A stretch of 64,000 nucleotides of DNA from Escherichia coli. Its GTDB lineage: Bacteria; Pseudomonadota; Gammaproteobacteria; Enterobacterales; Enterobacteriaceae. Every line of letters begins with the position of its first letter. Position 1 is the first letter of the stretch. Where the stretch lies: the NCBI GenBank assembly GCA_025544715.1, contig GCA_025544715.1_4109.3, one strand, 5' to 3'. Made by a program: the position numbers and the translations under genes. Below the pieces are notes generated by a model. The model ran no database searches. It saw nothing but the letters and a program-made list of their open reading frames with translations, and had not been told where the DNA came from. This document shows, in pieces, positions 44,895 to 55,381 of the stretch.

Positions 44895-45370
44895 TTATCA
44901 AGACCCTTATCATAAATGCAATTAACAATAATTCCAGCATCTTCCAGTACTTTAATAGCTTCTGGTGGTGTACGAGGATAATTTTTGAGATAAATTACAC
45001 GTGAAATACCACTACCCGCAATCAACTTAGAACAAGTATAACATGGTTGTAGTGTTGTGTAAAGAGTAGCACCTTGACGTTCAGTAGGAGAACTATAGAG
45101 TAAAGCGTTCATTTCGGCATGGATTTCATGAATATTACTCCACTCATGATGTTGATGCTTTGCTTCATCACTAACCCAGTCTTGAAAAGACCCATCATTT
45201 ACTAAGTGTTGATTCACGTCACAGCAATTTGGTTGTTTTGATGGAGTACCATTGTATCCAGTACTCAATACTCGATTATTTTTAACAATAACACAACCAA
45301 CTTTTTGTGAAATACATTTACTTTCCTCAGCAACTACTTCTGCTATCTTCAACCAAGTCGTATGTTTCAT
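44891..45370 (-). CDS. cd: dCMP deaminase
   Basis: HAEMNAL and PCYTCSKLIAGSGI zinc motifs, N-terminus like T4 Cd; start set to ATG (MKHTTW), track 45382. Confidence 0.8.
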   Translation of the reverse strand: MKHTTWLKIAEVVAEESKCISQKVGCVIVKNNRVLSTGYNGTPSKQPNCCDVNQHLVNDGSFQDWVSDEAKHQHHEWSNIHEIHAEMNALLYSSPTERQGATLYTTLQPCYTCSKLIAGSGISRVIYLKNYPRTPPEAIKVLEDAGIIVNCIYDKGLDK

Positions 45371-45851
45371 TATAAGCTCCAATACTTAACAATGCGTTTT
45401 TACACAAATCATGAATTTTCATAACTCGAATATAGTTTAACACATCTGTTTCATTAATTTCAAATGGTTTATCTGCATATGTAGACCACGTTTGATTTAA
45501 TTCAATAACAAATGTAATTTTATCTGTATCCATAATATTATCACAAAATCTACGAAAATCTTGCTCTTCATCGGAAAGTCTGAAATTTAAATCATTTTTT
45601 AAACCATTAACTGTGAAGCAAATACCAGTACTGTAACCTATGCAAATATCTTCAATATCATATAATCCATAAATTAATTTAGAGATAAACGTGCTATATT
45701 TGTTTCTATGATAATAGTTTAATATTTCTTTTTTAATATTATTTTCAATATCAGTAGTTTTTTGTAATGTAAGTTTAATTAATTCTAATGTCTTGATTAT
45801 GTTATCTAACCAGATATTAGTATCATCTATACTTAGGTGTGTGTATTTCAT
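45327..45851 (-). CDS. hypothetical protein (174 aa)
   Basis: ORF. Confidence 0.4.
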   Translation of the reverse strand: MKYTHLSIDDTNIWLDNIIKTLELIKLTLQKTTDIENNIKKEILNYYHRNKYSTFISKLIYGLYDIEDICIGYSTGICFTVNGLKNDLNFRLSDEEQDFRRFCDNIMDTDKITFVIELNQTWSTYADKPFEINETDVLNYIRVMKIHDLCKNALLSIGAYNETYDLVEDSRSSC

Positions 45852-46377
45852 TATGTCCCTCTAGATTCCAATCATCAACGAGTTTAGAACAAACTTCCAT
45901 ATGATTATAGTACTTTTCATTCAATACATAAGGTTTATTATGATATTGTCGTACATCAGTGAATATATCATAATTTCTATATATGAATGACATATTTTTG
46001 TGCATGAATTCTATAGTTTTCCAAATCTTTTCTATATCATATAAAATTGTTTTTAATGATAAACCTGTAAGCTTTGAAATTCTTTCAACTTTAAAACCGG
46101 ATAACATCATAGTATTATTGTGTTTAGTCAAATAACTATATCCAATTGAACTATGTATCATTTCTACACTATCAACTTGTGTTATTGTTTTTAAAAATGA
46201 CTTTAAATTTCTATTAAACCAATACCACTTTTTGTTTTTATTATAACATGAATACCATTTCTTCAATATATCAATTGCTTCAGAATTAATTTTCAAAGCA
46301 AACTCATCAATTAAAAACATATGATGATAAAAAATATCACTTTGTTCTTCAGTTAAATTATATTGCTGCATATTCAC
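45823..46377 (-). CDS. hypothetical protein (184 aa)
   Basis: ORF. Confidence 0.4.
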   Translation of the reverse strand: MNMQQYNLTEEQSDIFYHHMFLIDEFALKINSEAIDILKKWYSCYNKNKKWYWFNRNLKSFLKTITQVDSVEMIHSSIGYSYLTKHNNTMMLSGFKVERISKLTGLSLKTILYDIEKIWKTIEFMHKNMSFIYRNYDIFTDVRQYHNKPYVLNEKYYNHMEVCSKLVDDWNLEGHNEIHTPKYR

Positions 46378-46456
46378 CTACCCTAGTAACAATGATTCCT
46401 TGGGTATTTAGCTTATATAGATCATTTTTTGATCGATGAAAATTGATATACAGCAA

Positions 46457-46485
46457 TAAAAAGAGGAATCCAGTACTGGATTCCT
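46457..46485 (-). terminator. rho-independent terminator
   Basis: aggaatcc/ggattcct stem with AGTACT as the loop, T-run on minus strand. Confidence 0.5.
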
Positions 46486-46495
46486 ATTTGTAATA

Positions 46496-46942
46496 TTATT
46501 TTTGATATGGGGTGTACTGATATTTTTCACAATCAGAAACAGTTAGGACACCTTCATCATAACCATATTGAAGTACAAGGTCAAATGCTTTATCAACCAT
46601 AGCAACAACATCTTTATAACGAACAATCTTATGAGATTGATTCTCAACTGCTTTCATAATCCCCATTAGCAACCAGCGACCTTCATCGGTGTGTAATTTA
46701 GCAAAACGTGGACGCTTTGTTGCTGCCATAATATCAGTCCATTCAGCTTTAAAAATGTGTGGACGTTTTGGAATATCATATAGTGTAGTAGGGAAAGTTA
46801 CATTATTTTTCTTCATTGCTTCTGCTTGTGCTGCACGATAGCCCTGACGATATAATGGATGCTGCATTTTTAGCTGTTCAGCACTTAGAACTACTTTTGC
46901 TTTGTATGCGTCATAACCATCTTTATATTGTGCATTGGACAT
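46496..46942 (-). CDS. hypothetical protein (148 aa)
   Basis: ORF. Confidence 0.45.
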   Translation of the reverse strand: MSNAQYKDGYDAYKAKVVLSAEQLKMQHPLYRQGYRAAQAEAMKKNNVTFPTTLYDIPKRPHIFKAEWTDIMAATKRPRFAKLHTDEGRWLLMGIMKAVENQSHKIVRYKDVVAMVDKAFDLVLQYGYDEGVLTVSDCEKYQYTPYQK

Positions 46943-46943
46943 A

Positions 46944-47261
46944 TTATTCTTTTACCTCATCAGTTTGAATGTATTTTTTGTCAGAGAATGTACCGTGTTC
47001 TTTACGCACAGCTTCTGCATGTTGAACCGCATCAACTGGATTAATGTTCTTTTTAATTAGTACTTCTTTCATTAATTCAAGTACAATTGCAAAACCATTT
47101 AGTACACGCTCAGATTCATCCACATTTTTTAACTCAAGTGCTACTGCACTAATTTGATCGAACGCAACATTAATAAAATCGGAATCTTCTAATACATTTG
47201 CTACTTCCGTATTATTACGTACTAGTACTTTCATATAATCTCCACAAAGATGATGCCCCAA
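46944..47261 (-). CDS. hypothetical protein (105 aa)
   Basis: ORF. Confidence 0.45.
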   Translation of the reverse strand: MGHHLCGDYMKVLVRNNTEVANVLEDSDFINVAFDQISAVALELKNVDESERVLNGFAIVLELMKEVLIKKNINPVDAVQHAEAVRKEHGTFSDKKYIQTDEVKE

Positions 47262-47282
47262 ATTGAGGCATCAAAATCTATC

Positions 47283-47978
47283 TTACACCCACTCTTCCAC
47301 ACCACCGCGACGCTTAACTAAGTACTTGCCTTCTTCGTTACGTGGTCCAAGAATAATACCATCAATGAAACCATGTTCACCATATTCAAGTGCTTCTTCT
47401 GCATTTAACCACAAATCTCGGTCAGCATCTTTTAGTAATTGTTCATGTGATACACCTACTGCTTCTGCAATTTCTTTGGTCAACAATGTATTCAGTGCAT
47501 CAGAATGTTGTAGTGAAATCTTCTGGTCTGTAATTAGACCTTGTGTACCAGAACTTACTTGGTGACACATGAAGTATGAGCGTTTACCACCTAAACGGAA
47601 ACCTTTAGTTCCAATAACAGATTGTGTATAGCAACCCATTGATGCTGCATAACCCATAACTACAGTGCGAATTGGGGAAATACAAGACTTAGCAACGTCT
47701 GCAATACCCAAACCTGCGTGTACTGAACCACCTGGTGAACTAATGTAGAATGTAATAGGGGAATCACCTTGTGAGTCTAACCACACCAATTGTTGTTTGA
47801 TGATATGTGCCATTTGATCATTGAAATCAGTATCAAGGAAAATGATACGGTCTTGCATCATACGAGATGCTAGATCATATGTACGTTCTGAACCATTAAC
47901 TTTCTCAACTACGTAAGGAATAGAAATGTTACGTACTTCGCCATTAGCATAACCACCAAACATGAATTGTTCAACCAT
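47283..47978 (-). CDS. clpP: ClpP-family serine protease
   Basis: RIIFL, YISSPGGSVHAGLGIAD (catalytic Ser region), AASMG, CHQ(V) His region all align to ClpP. Confidence 0.75.
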   Translation of the reverse strand: MVEQFMFGGYANGEVRNISIPYVVEKVNGSERTYDLASRMMQDRIIFLDTDFNDQMAHIIKQQLVWLDSQGDSPITFYISSPGGSVHAGLGIADVAKSCISPIRTVVMGYAASMGCYTQSVIGTKGFRLGGKRSYFMCHQVSSGTQGLITDQKISLQHSDALNTLLTKEIAEAVGVSHEQLLKDADRDLWLNAEEALEYGEHGFIDGIILGPRNEEGKYLVKRRGGVEEWV

Positions 47979-48012
47979 TGTTAATTTCCTCTATTATTTC
48001 GTTGTTGTGAGT

Positions 48013-48041
48013 ATTATATCACTAAGATTTAAAATGTCCAA
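48013..48041 (-). promoter_or_regulatory. sigma70-type promoter (TTGGAC-N17-TGaTATAAT)
   Basis: Minus strand: -35-like TTGGAC (48041..48036), 17-nt spacer, extended -10 TGATATAAT (48021..48013); upstream of clpP. Confidence 0.45.
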
Positions 48042-48042
48042 A

Positions 48043-48465
48043 CTATTTTACTGGAATATTTGAAAAGAAATCAGTCATCCAATACGCCGTTTCTTTGTTG
48101 AATAATACTGGATCAAACTTAAGTAACTCAACATGACTTGTATCATACACGCTTGTATCGGTAATGTCAAACAAAGTTTTAGTACTGAATAGTGGGTTAC
48201 TCACTAGAAAGTAGTAATCAGCAGTACTGCTAATGTCATCATAAAACACACCGTCATACCATCCATCATCATATACAAAAACAGAATCGTCTTGAAGATA
48301 GTAAACTTCTATATGTAAACTCAAGATCTTCATGGTTTCAATCATTTTTGCCGTATGAGGATTTAACTTATTGACATTTTCAAACACATAAGAGTGTTTT
48401 TCATTCATATCAACAAATGAAAATATTCGTACTGCACGTATATTCATATTACTCCAAATAAACAA
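48043..48465 (-). CDS. hypothetical protein (140 aa)
   Basis: ORF. Confidence 0.45.
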   Translation of the reverse strand: MFIWSNMNIRAVRIFSFVDMNEKHSYVFENVNKLNPHTAKMIETMKILSLHIEVYYLQDDSVFVYDDGWYDGVFYDDISSTADYYFLVSNPLFSTKTLFDITDTSVYDTSHVELLKFDPVLFNKETAYWMTDFFSNIPVK

Positions 48466-48832
48466 GTGAATTAATGAAATCGTATTTCAATTTATCATCC
48501 ACATCATTTAAATCAACTTTAATCATCGGAGAATGGGAACGTATAGACAGTGTTTCCATAAAGTACTGATTAAGTTTGTATGTATGGAAAAGATGAGTAT
48601 CACCTTTCATCACCACCAACACTTCCCCGAACAGATCACTGAGTTCAACTTCAGTACCACTTGAGTTAAACCCATAACGATTCTTTAATGTACGTGGTTC
48701 TTTATTTCGATAATAATGCACAGCTTTATTACTATTCACTAACAAGTGATGATATGCATTACTATAAACTGAGCAAATAACTCGGCTTGGATAATTGGTA
48801 TATTCTGGTAGTTCAAAATAAATCAATGACAC
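48449..48832 (-). CDS. hypothetical protein (127 aa)
   Basis: ORF. Confidence 0.45.
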   Translation of the reverse strand: MSLIYFELPEYTNYPSRVICSVYSNAYHHLLVNSNKAVHYYRNKEPRTLKNRYGFNSSGTEVELSDLFGEVLVVMKGDTHLFHTYKLNQYFMETLSIRSHSPMIKVDLNDVDDKLKYDFINSLVYLE

Positions 48833-48844
48833 TGTATCCTCACA

Positions 48845-49636
48845 TTAAATTTCAAATACAAATTTAGGATTGTAATCAAAATTCTCACAAGCTCCACTAT
48901 ACGATTCATAGCCTCGTGGATTACAAATGATACGTGTCTTACCAATGTGGTAGTCAAAGCTACTATGAACATGACCATGAATCCAAACATCAGCACCCAA
49001 ATCTTCAATGTACTGATCCATATCGGAACAGTAACAACCATTCAGTGAATCATTTTTATATTTTGGTGAAACACTTTGATAACTTGGTGCGTGATGAGTA
49101 ACCACGATGACCTTGAAATCATTATCATGCATAAAGCGAACTGTGTCAATAGAATTTTTGATAAATTGTTTATCTTTGTGATGCATAAACTCAGTATCAT
49201 CAGGTGTCAGTTTCTTACGCCAAGGCTCGGTTGTTGTTCCATGACGGATATGTTTGTAATCGTTCATCTTCTGACGAGCATCAAACTTCGTCAAAGAATT
49301 ACCTTTATCGAAGTCTGTCCACAGAGTACTACCAACAAGCAGTACTCCATCCAGCCATACAAATTTGTTTTGCAAAAAGATGAAATTTGGAATCTCATCT
49401 TGCATATCGGACAGTACTTTATGCGTTTTGATGATATTGGAACCATAATATTCATGATTGCCAGGAACCAGTACTACATTTTTGAACTGCTTACACAGTG
49501 ATTCGATACCAGTACGGTAACGACTGCGTTTAACTTCATCGAAGTCCCCAGCAATGATCAGTACTGTATCACTGTAATCACCACTATGGAGGTAATCAGT
49601 GCCACCGTGTACATCAGATGTTACAACAAATTTCAT
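48845..49636 (-). CDS. calcineurin-like metallophosphoesterase
   Basis: SDVHGG, GDFDE, GNHEYY, HHAP, GHVH motifs; start set to ATG with GGAGG RBS (track TTG at 49648). Confidence 0.7.
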   Translation of the reverse strand: MKFVVTSDVHGGTDYLHSGDYSDTVLIIAGDFDEVKRSRYRTGIESLCKQFKNVVLVPGNHEYYGSNIIKTHKVLSDMQDEIPNFIFLQNKFVWLDGVLLVGSTLWTDFDKGNSLTKFDARQKMNDYKHIRHGTTTEPWRKKLTPDDTEFMHHKDKQFIKNSIDTVRFMHDNDFKVIVVTHHAPSYQSVSPKYKNDSLNGCYCSDMDQYIEDLGADVWIHGHVHSSFDYHIGKTRIICNPRGYESYSGACENFDYNPKFVFEI

Positions 49637-49655
49637 AATTACCTCCAATAAATGG

Positions 49656-51074
49656 TTAACCTAATGATTCAATAATACTGTTTGAGAACACTTCAACCGC
49701 ACTCTCACGAATTTCTAAGATACGAGTATAATCGTCACAAGTGTTTTTGTCAAATCTAAATTCAATAAACACAGGTAAGAACAGTGATGGTTCACCAGTA
49801 CGCTTGTCGAATACAATGTCATTACACTCAACAGTAACCACTTTACCAATAAGTTCTTGCATTCTTTCCCAAATGGTTTTAAATGTCCATTCAGCATCTT
49901 TTTCGCGGATGCCTGTTCCTACGCTTACTTTTAGTGTACCACAAGCACTTTCCAGTTGTAAAGAACCAAGCATACCTTTACGTTTACCTTCACCTTTATT
50001 GAAACCAACAATACGCAAGTCCAGTTGCATTTTCAATTTCATTTTCAACTGCTTAGGAGAAGTATGAGATTTCCAGATACCATCTTCACATTTCAGTACT
50101 GAACCTTCTTCACCTTCAGCCATGAGTTCGCTATTGTACTCAAATGCTTCTTTGATATTTTGGACTTTACGATAACCTACCATACGAACAAATTCACTAC
50201 CCAATGCATTGATTGCACCTTCAAGAATCTCTCGGCGTTCTTTACGTTTTACATTCCATACACCTTCACAGAAAGCATCATATGGCACGACATCCCATAG
50301 AACGAATACTGTACGCATTGCTTCGCTTTGGTTAATGGTATCCTTACCTGCTTTCTGAATGATCCCGTTGCCAGTTGTACGTGGTAGAATAGTTTCCCCA
50401 TCAGTATCAAGTACCAACCCTTCCCCCATAAAGACTACACCACTACTGAAACGTTCATCTTTACTTTGGATGATGTGAGCAAGACCTGCCATCTCACCAT
50501 CACGACAACCCAGGAAGTCGTACAGTTTGCCATTACGGGATGTAGAAGTTAATGAACCATTAATGACAACGTGGTTCAAGTACTGACCATCCATTTTCAC
50601 TTCTGATATAGCGTAACCATAATCTTTGAAGTTGATGTTCTTTGCAGTCTTTTTGTCAATCAAAGAACAACGCATATATGGTTCGTCTTTGATGAATCCT
50701 TTACCAAACACATCATTGCAGTTCTTCTCCTGAATACCACAATCAAGGTTCTTAGTGAGCATTTTACGGAGAACTTCCTGATCATCTTCAGATACAGAAC
50801 CCAGTACTGAAGCAATGAAATCACGCCCCGCATTTCCTGTCACATCACGCTTGTAAATGCATTCCAGCTTATCAATTGCTTCATCTAACGTCATATGTTG
50901 ATATACGTCATCAGCGACTGGTAGCTTCTTATAGCCACTTACGATAGAAGGGTCGAGAGTATATTTCAGAACTTTTTGTAAAGTTACATTATCTTTATTT
51001 TGTTCAAGAATAGCCTTTTTGCCCAGAGTACTGCTAGTATTTTTAATGCTTTCAAGAATTGCTAAAATGCTCAT
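49656..51074 (-). CDS. ATP-dependent DNA ligase (T4 gp30-like)
   Basis: N-terminus MSILAILESIKNTSSTLGKKAILEQNKDN is close to T4 ligase; adenylation motif KMDGQ; 472 aa; AAGGAA RBS. Confidence 0.9.
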   Translation of the reverse strand: MSILAILESIKNTSSTLGKKAILEQNKDNVTLQKVLKYTLDPSIVSGYKKLPVADDVYQHMTLDEAIDKLECIYKRDVTGNAGRDFIASVLGSVSEDDQEVLRKMLTKNLDCGIQEKNCNDVFGKGFIKDEPYMRCSLIDKKTAKNINFKDYGYAISEVKMDGQYLNHVVINGSLTSTSRNGKLYDFLGCRDGEMAGLAHIIQSKDERFSSGVVFMGEGLVLDTDGETILPRTTGNGIIQKAGKDTINQSEAMRTVFVLWDVVPYDAFCEGVWNVKRKERREILEGAINALGSEFVRMVGYRKVQNIKEAFEYNSELMAEGEEGSVLKCEDGIWKSHTSPKQLKMKLKMQLDLRIVGFNKGEGKRKGMLGSLQLESACGTLKVSVGTGIREKDAEWTFKTIWERMQELIGKVVTVECNDIVFDKRTGEPSLFLPVFIEFRFDKNTCDDYTRILEIRESAVEVFSNSIIESLG

Positions 51075-51085
51075 TGTATATTCCT

Positions 51086-52288
51086 TTATAGATAATACTT
51101 TCCAATATAAAGTGGATTACTAATTGATAGTTGAACGTGACACGGCTTATCTTGGTAGTAACGAGAACTTGATGTTTTGCGTTCATTTGGTGGGAAGAAT
51201 GGTGAACGATAACCGTTCCATGTACTAAATGATGTGTGCTCATTAATATCAACATCCATTGACATAATTCCATTATCATCAATTTGAACTGGGTATGCAC
51301 TAAAGCGTTCAAATTTATCATTATAATGAATATTATAATCCCCGCTACGTCCATAATAACTACGTGTTGTATTATTACTTACACCAAAAAATACGCGATA
51401 AGATTGTTCATTATCTTTAGTCATAAATGGTACGTTCTCGTTGAAACGTCCATTATTCATAAGATCATCAACATTTATTTCTTCATATTTAATTTTTAGG
51501 TCTTTTGCTTTAAATGATTTATTGTGTACCAGTACTGGAATGTTAGATTCACCTAATGGGTTATGTCTGTTTGTTCTATAGCTTTGCCAAAATTCATTAG
51601 CAAGTTTAATTTCTTCATCTGCCGTAGTCTTCTTATTCAAGAGTGCACGAGGTTCCAGATTGTAATTATCCAAACGTTGATTCAATGCATAAGTTCCACG
51701 AGTACTGTTATAAAGTAAATGATAAACAGAACTTTTGTCGGGGTATGCAAATTCTTTAGTTTTCTTTATACAAATTGCATGTACTTTACCGCAGTAATAG
51801 TAATCTTCTTTGAGATACGTGAAGCCATCACCAACTTTAAGACCTGCTACAGTTTCTTTTTGTTGTTCTTTTTTATTTTCTTTTTCAACTAACTTAGCAA
51901 ATGTTTTTGTTTTACCATTAATTAATTCTAAGTTATTGTTGAAAAACATTGGGTCTACAAAAACACCTTTGATTATATCGTTATTGATAATTAAATCATT
52001 CATGTTTTTGGCACTAATCATAAATTCAAATCCTTCTGGGTGACGGATTGTGAAATATGTTTCTCGTGCATGAATTGTTAATTTATCAACTACACAAAAT
52101 CCAGTAGTTGGAACGTTGTCAATATATAACGATGGAAGATTGTTCTTCTTTGCCCAGTACTCTGCTCTCTCTTTCTTTGTTTCAAACGCTTTTGTATGTG
52201 ATTTTGTTGCATCGATAATAAAACCATCAACTTGGTTGTGGTTTACATAGGAACGTGCAACAAATAACTTCTCTGGAAAATCCATCAA
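51086..52288 (-). CDS. hypothetical protein (400 aa)
   Basis: Long ORF; no motif recognised. Confidence 0.5.
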   Translation of the reverse strand: MMDFPEKLFVARSYVNHNQVDGFIIDATKSHTKAFETKKERAEYWAKKNNLPSLYIDNVPTTGFCVVDKLTIHARETYFTIRHPEGFEFMISAKNMNDLIINNDIIKGVFVDPMFFNNNLELINGKTKTFAKLVEKENKKEQQKETVAGLKVGDGFTYLKEDYYYCGKVHAICIKKTKEFAYPDKSSVYHLLYNSTRGTYALNQRLDNYNLEPRALLNKKTTADEEIKLANEFWQSYRTNRHNPLGESNIPVLVHNKSFKAKDLKIKYEEINVDDLMNNGRFNENVPFMTKDNEQSYRVFFGVSNNTTRSYYGRSGDYNIHYNDKFERFSAYPVQIDDNGIMSMDVDINEHTSFSTWNGYRSPFFPPNERKTSSSRYYQDKPCHVQLSISNPLYIGKYYL

Positions 52289-52704
52289 ATAGTCCTCATT
52301 GTACTGATTGCTTTTAGTGTGTCAAACAATGCACCATATTTTACTTGCATTAGTTGATCACCCGCAGGAAGATTCATACGCATAACAGCCATGTCTTCAA
52401 TCATTTCAGACGTACACAGTACTGCTACACAGGTAATAGCATCATTTAATCCAGCTTCATTGAATTTGGCAAAAGGAACTTTTCCCTGTTTGCTAAGGTT
52501 GTTATAATAAGAATTTAATTTATCATGTCCACCAGCATTTAGTACTACAATAGTTTCGTGTTCATAGTACCATTCATCAATAATAGTACTGAAAGCAGTA
52601 CCTTCATATTCTTTAATTAGTTTAACACCAGCATGGAATGCTTGAATACCAGCTTGGACACCTTGACAGTACATATTAGTTAAGCAATACAATTTCATTT
52701 CCAT
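52285..52704 (-). CDS. hypothetical protein (139 aa)
   Basis: ORF. Confidence 0.45.
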   Translation of the reverse strand: MEMKLYCLTNMYCQGVQAGIQAFHAGVKLIKEYEGTAFSTIIDEWYYEHETIVVLNAGGHDKLNSYYNNLSKQGKVPFAKFNEAGLNDAITCVAVLCTSEMIEDMAVMRMNLPAGDQLMQVKYGALFDTLKAISTMRTI

Positions 52705-52922
52705 ACCTCTTGTTTTTCTACATAGCCTTTCCCATCACAGTGTGGACAAGCAAAAAAGCTGCGGTAATCTTCTGACGGTACTTGTTGTGTTCCATTACAT
52801 GTAGGACACACTTTACGTGCACCCGAAATAATACGTTCATGGTGTTCAGCTTGTTTAGCTGAATCAAAAATACGACCATCTTCAGTTTGGTATTTTTCTA
52901 CCATAACTTGAATTACTTTCAT
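52695..52922 (-). CDS. zinc-ribbon protein (75 aa)
   Basis: CPTC ... CPHC pairs. Confidence 0.45.
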   Translation of the reverse strand: MKVIQVMVEKYQTEDGRIFDSAKQAEHHERIISGARKVCPTCNGTQQVPSEDYRSFFACPHCDGKGYVEKQEVWK

Positions 52923-52932
52923 TTCTATTTCC

Positions 52933-53202
52933 TTATAAAAATGTTAAATCTTCAGTACTTAATTGTGATAATTTACCATCATATTCAATTTCAACATATA
53001 CATTTTGGTCATAAACAGCAACTACACGTTTAATAACTCCAATCTTCACTACATTCTTTTTGTAGTAGAACTCAACTGAACAACCAATAAGTTTATTTGA
53101 TAGAATCTCACGTATTTGATTAGCATGATCTTTTAGGATAGAATTAATAGATTTTTTCATAATATATCTATCATTCAAATATTTTTTAACTACATCATGC
53201 AT
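52933..53202 (-). CDS. small protein, LIGxxV family member
   Basis: KLIGCSVEFYY motif shared with multiple small ORFs in 52.9-60.8 kb. Confidence 0.45.
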   Translation of the reverse strand: MHDVVKKYLNDRYIMKKSINSILKDHANQIREILSNKLIGCSVEFYYKKNVVKIGVIKRVVAVYDQNVYVEIEYDGKLSQLSTEDLTFL

Positions 53203-53207
53203 AATTA

Positions 53208-53951
53208 TTACCTTTTGAAACGATTGAATGAGTACTCATCTTTTTCTTTACGTAAGTATCTCATCCCACCACTTTGTGGAGTAGCAAGAGTTAAGTCACC
53301 CGTCAAGAACTGACTATCAATCCAAATGCGATTACCATAAATGAGTGGTTCAGTAACGGCTGTATGTCCACTAAAGACACAATGCACTCCATCTAACTTA
53401 GGTGCATAATAGGTATTATTCATTCTACAATAATCGAATGTTTTCCTATCCCACAAGCACTTATCAATTATATCAGCACTAAGTGATTTTGTCCCATTAA
53501 CAAATCGTTCCCATGTTGTATATTCCAACGGAACTCCAGCATGAACTAACCCAATCTTCAATCCTCGGTGATTGATTTGGATAATCATGGGTAAATCTTT
53601 TAAGTACTGACGAAAGAATTGAATGCCTGTTCCTCCAACTTCATCAAGGAATTTATCACCACCATTACTTATCCAACAATGATACCAATCTCGAAGTGTT
53701 TCCGAATCAACGCACATCATCTCATGATTACCCGCAATCATGTAACGATTTTCTCCGAACAAAAATTCAAAAAGGAGCTTTGAATTTTGTTCTCCACGGT
53801 CGATAATATCACCTACACTGAAAACATAATCATTGTGTGTAATACCAAATTCTTTCACTGTAGCATCCCATAGTTTACCATTACCATGCAAATCACCTAC
53901 AATGTATAAATCTTTATCATCAGGTACGGTTACTTCTAAGAAATGTTTCAT
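53208..53951 (-). CDS. Ser/Thr protein phosphatase (lambda-PPase-like metallophosphatase)
   Basis: GDLHGN, GDIIDRG, GNHEMM motifs; start set to ATG (MKHFLEV) with GGAG RBS (track 53966). Confidence 0.75.
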   Translation of the reverse strand: MKHFLEVTVPDDKDLYIVGDLHGNGKLWDATVKEFGITHNDYVFSVGDIIDRGEQNSKLLFEFLFGENRYMIAGNHEMMCVDSETLRDWYHCWISNGGDKFLDEVGGTGIQFFRQYLKDLPMIIQINHRGLKIGLVHAGVPLEYTTWERFVNGTKSLSADIIDKCLWDRKTFDYCRMNNTYYAPKLDGVHCVFSGHTAVTEPLIYGNRIWIDSQFLTGDLTLATPQSGGMRYLRKEKDEYSFNRFKR

Positions 53952-53953
53952 TA

Positions 53954-54205
53954 TTACTCCAACCATATAATATTAGTGTGTTTAGTAACTTGTGTTCCAG
54001 CAAAAGAACCATCTTTAAGATAAGTATTAATTTTAAAACGCCATTCACCACCACTAATATACATATCAGTAATAATATACTTTCCATACCCTCTAGAGTT
54101 TATTAATCGTACTTCTTGACCAATATATTTTGGCTTCAGATCATTTATAAAATCATCAGCCAAAGACATAAGATATCGCAAATGTGATAAGTCGTGGTTG
54201 AACAT
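53954..54205 (-). CDS. small protein, LIGxxV family member
   Basis: KYIGQEVRLIN motif. Confidence 0.45.
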   Translation of the reverse strand: MFNHDLSHLRYLMSLADDFINDLKPKYIGQEVRLINSRGYGKYIITDMYISGGEWRFKINTYLKDGSFAGTQVTKHTNIIWLE

Positions 54206-54420
54206 TATTTCTTTCTCTTATATTTGTTAATAATATCTTGGGTAAGTGAAATAAAAATATATACTAACGTTACAGGCCAAATAATAGCCATCAGTGCTGC
54301 TGTTTGGAGATTCATGATAATCATGAATTCATCTTTAAAACAACCCCAATTAAGTACTAGAAAGTTGGTTATAAATGTAACAAATGCTACAAATCCATAT
54401 ATTGCAAAAAATGTTATCAT
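54205..54420 (-). CDS. small membrane protein (71 aa)
   Basis: Two hydrophobic helices, KYKRKK tail. Confidence 0.4.
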   Translation of the reverse strand: MITFFAIYGFVAFVTFITNFLVLNWGCFKDEFMIIMNLQTAALMAIIWPVTLVYIFISLTQDIINKYKRKK

Positions 54421-54422
54421 AA

Positions 54423-54752
54423 TTATTCCTCATCATCCACTAAAACAAGATAATCCAAACTCAACTCTGTATCTATGTAACAATCACAATTCAAGTACTC
54501 AATTTCAGCACCTATAGTTCTCCCATTCTTAAATATCTCAATGATTTTCATTCTAGTATTGGGATTAATGTGTTCAATGTCGTATTCGTATTCAGGGTCA
54601 ATATACTGACTTGTAATACGTTTGATGTATTGTTCCGAATATCGTACAGTTTTACCTATAAGATCATTACTCAACGTCTGATAAAAATCATCTTGAATTT
54701 TGAATAATGACCTATAAAAAATATTATGTTGAATTAGTGGTTTCATAGACAT
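54423..54752 (-). CDS. small protein, LIGxxV family member
   Basis: DLIGKTVRYSE motif. Confidence 0.45.
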   Translation of the reverse strand: MSMKPLIQHNIFYRSLFKIQDDFYQTLSNDLIGKTVRYSEQYIKRITSQYIDPEYEYDIEHINPNTRMKIIEIFKNGRTIGAEIEYLNCDCYIDTELSLDYLVLVDDEE

Positions 54753-55381
54753 TAATCACAACTTCCAGAAGATGAACTTGAATCAGAACTAGAGCTATCA
54801 TAGGAACAAGAATCAGAGGAAGAACTGCTGTGACGGCTATAATCACTGTAATCATCATTGTTGTAGATTGGTGATGTTACGATTGCTGCTGCGGTCGCTG
54901 CCGTTGCAATTTGTGCAGTATGGTCATGAACACCTAGTTGTGGTTCATCCTTAGATTTACCTTTGTTCTTACCTTTAGTGTAACGAGCTTTCTTTGCAGT
55001 TTTAGTATTTTTCTGTGCTTTAGGAGCTTTTGGTTTCACATCTTCAACGACTGGAACTACATTCACTACAACTTTAGGGTCAGTTTCTTCAAGTGTATTA
55101 TACACTTTAACTTGCATTTGCACTTCAACTTCTTTAACTTCTTCTTTAACTTCTGGAATAACTGTTTCTGGTGCTGGGGTGATTTTATCAAGTTCTTCAG
55201 TAATAAAGAAGCTTGTATTTTTCTCACCTAGCATAACAAGAAGACCAATAGCAATCACTGGACTTAGTACTGTACCAAGTACTACATAACCTAGAACACT
55301 TCTGTTATAGTTATATGCAAGCATACCAGAAATAATAATACCGATTACATATGCACTGCTAAGAATAATTGGGGTTAACAT
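54752..55381 (-). CDS. membrane protein with Lys-rich linker and Ser/Asp-rich C-terminal tail
   Basis: Two N-terminal TM helices, KAPKAQKNTKTAKKARYTKGKNKGK, C-terminal SSSSSDSCSYDSSSSDSSSSSGSCD. Confidence 0.45.
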   Translation of the reverse strand: MLTPIILSSAYVIGIIISGMLAYNYNRSVLGYVVLGTVLSPVIAIGLLVMLGEKNTSFFITEELDKITPAPETVIPEVKEEVKEVEVQMQVKVYNTLEETDPKVVVNVVPVVEDVKPKAPKAQKNTKTAKKARYTKGKNKGKSKDEPQLGVHDHTAQIATAATAAAIVTSPIYNNDDYSDYSRHSSSSSDSCSYDSSSSDSSSSSGSCD

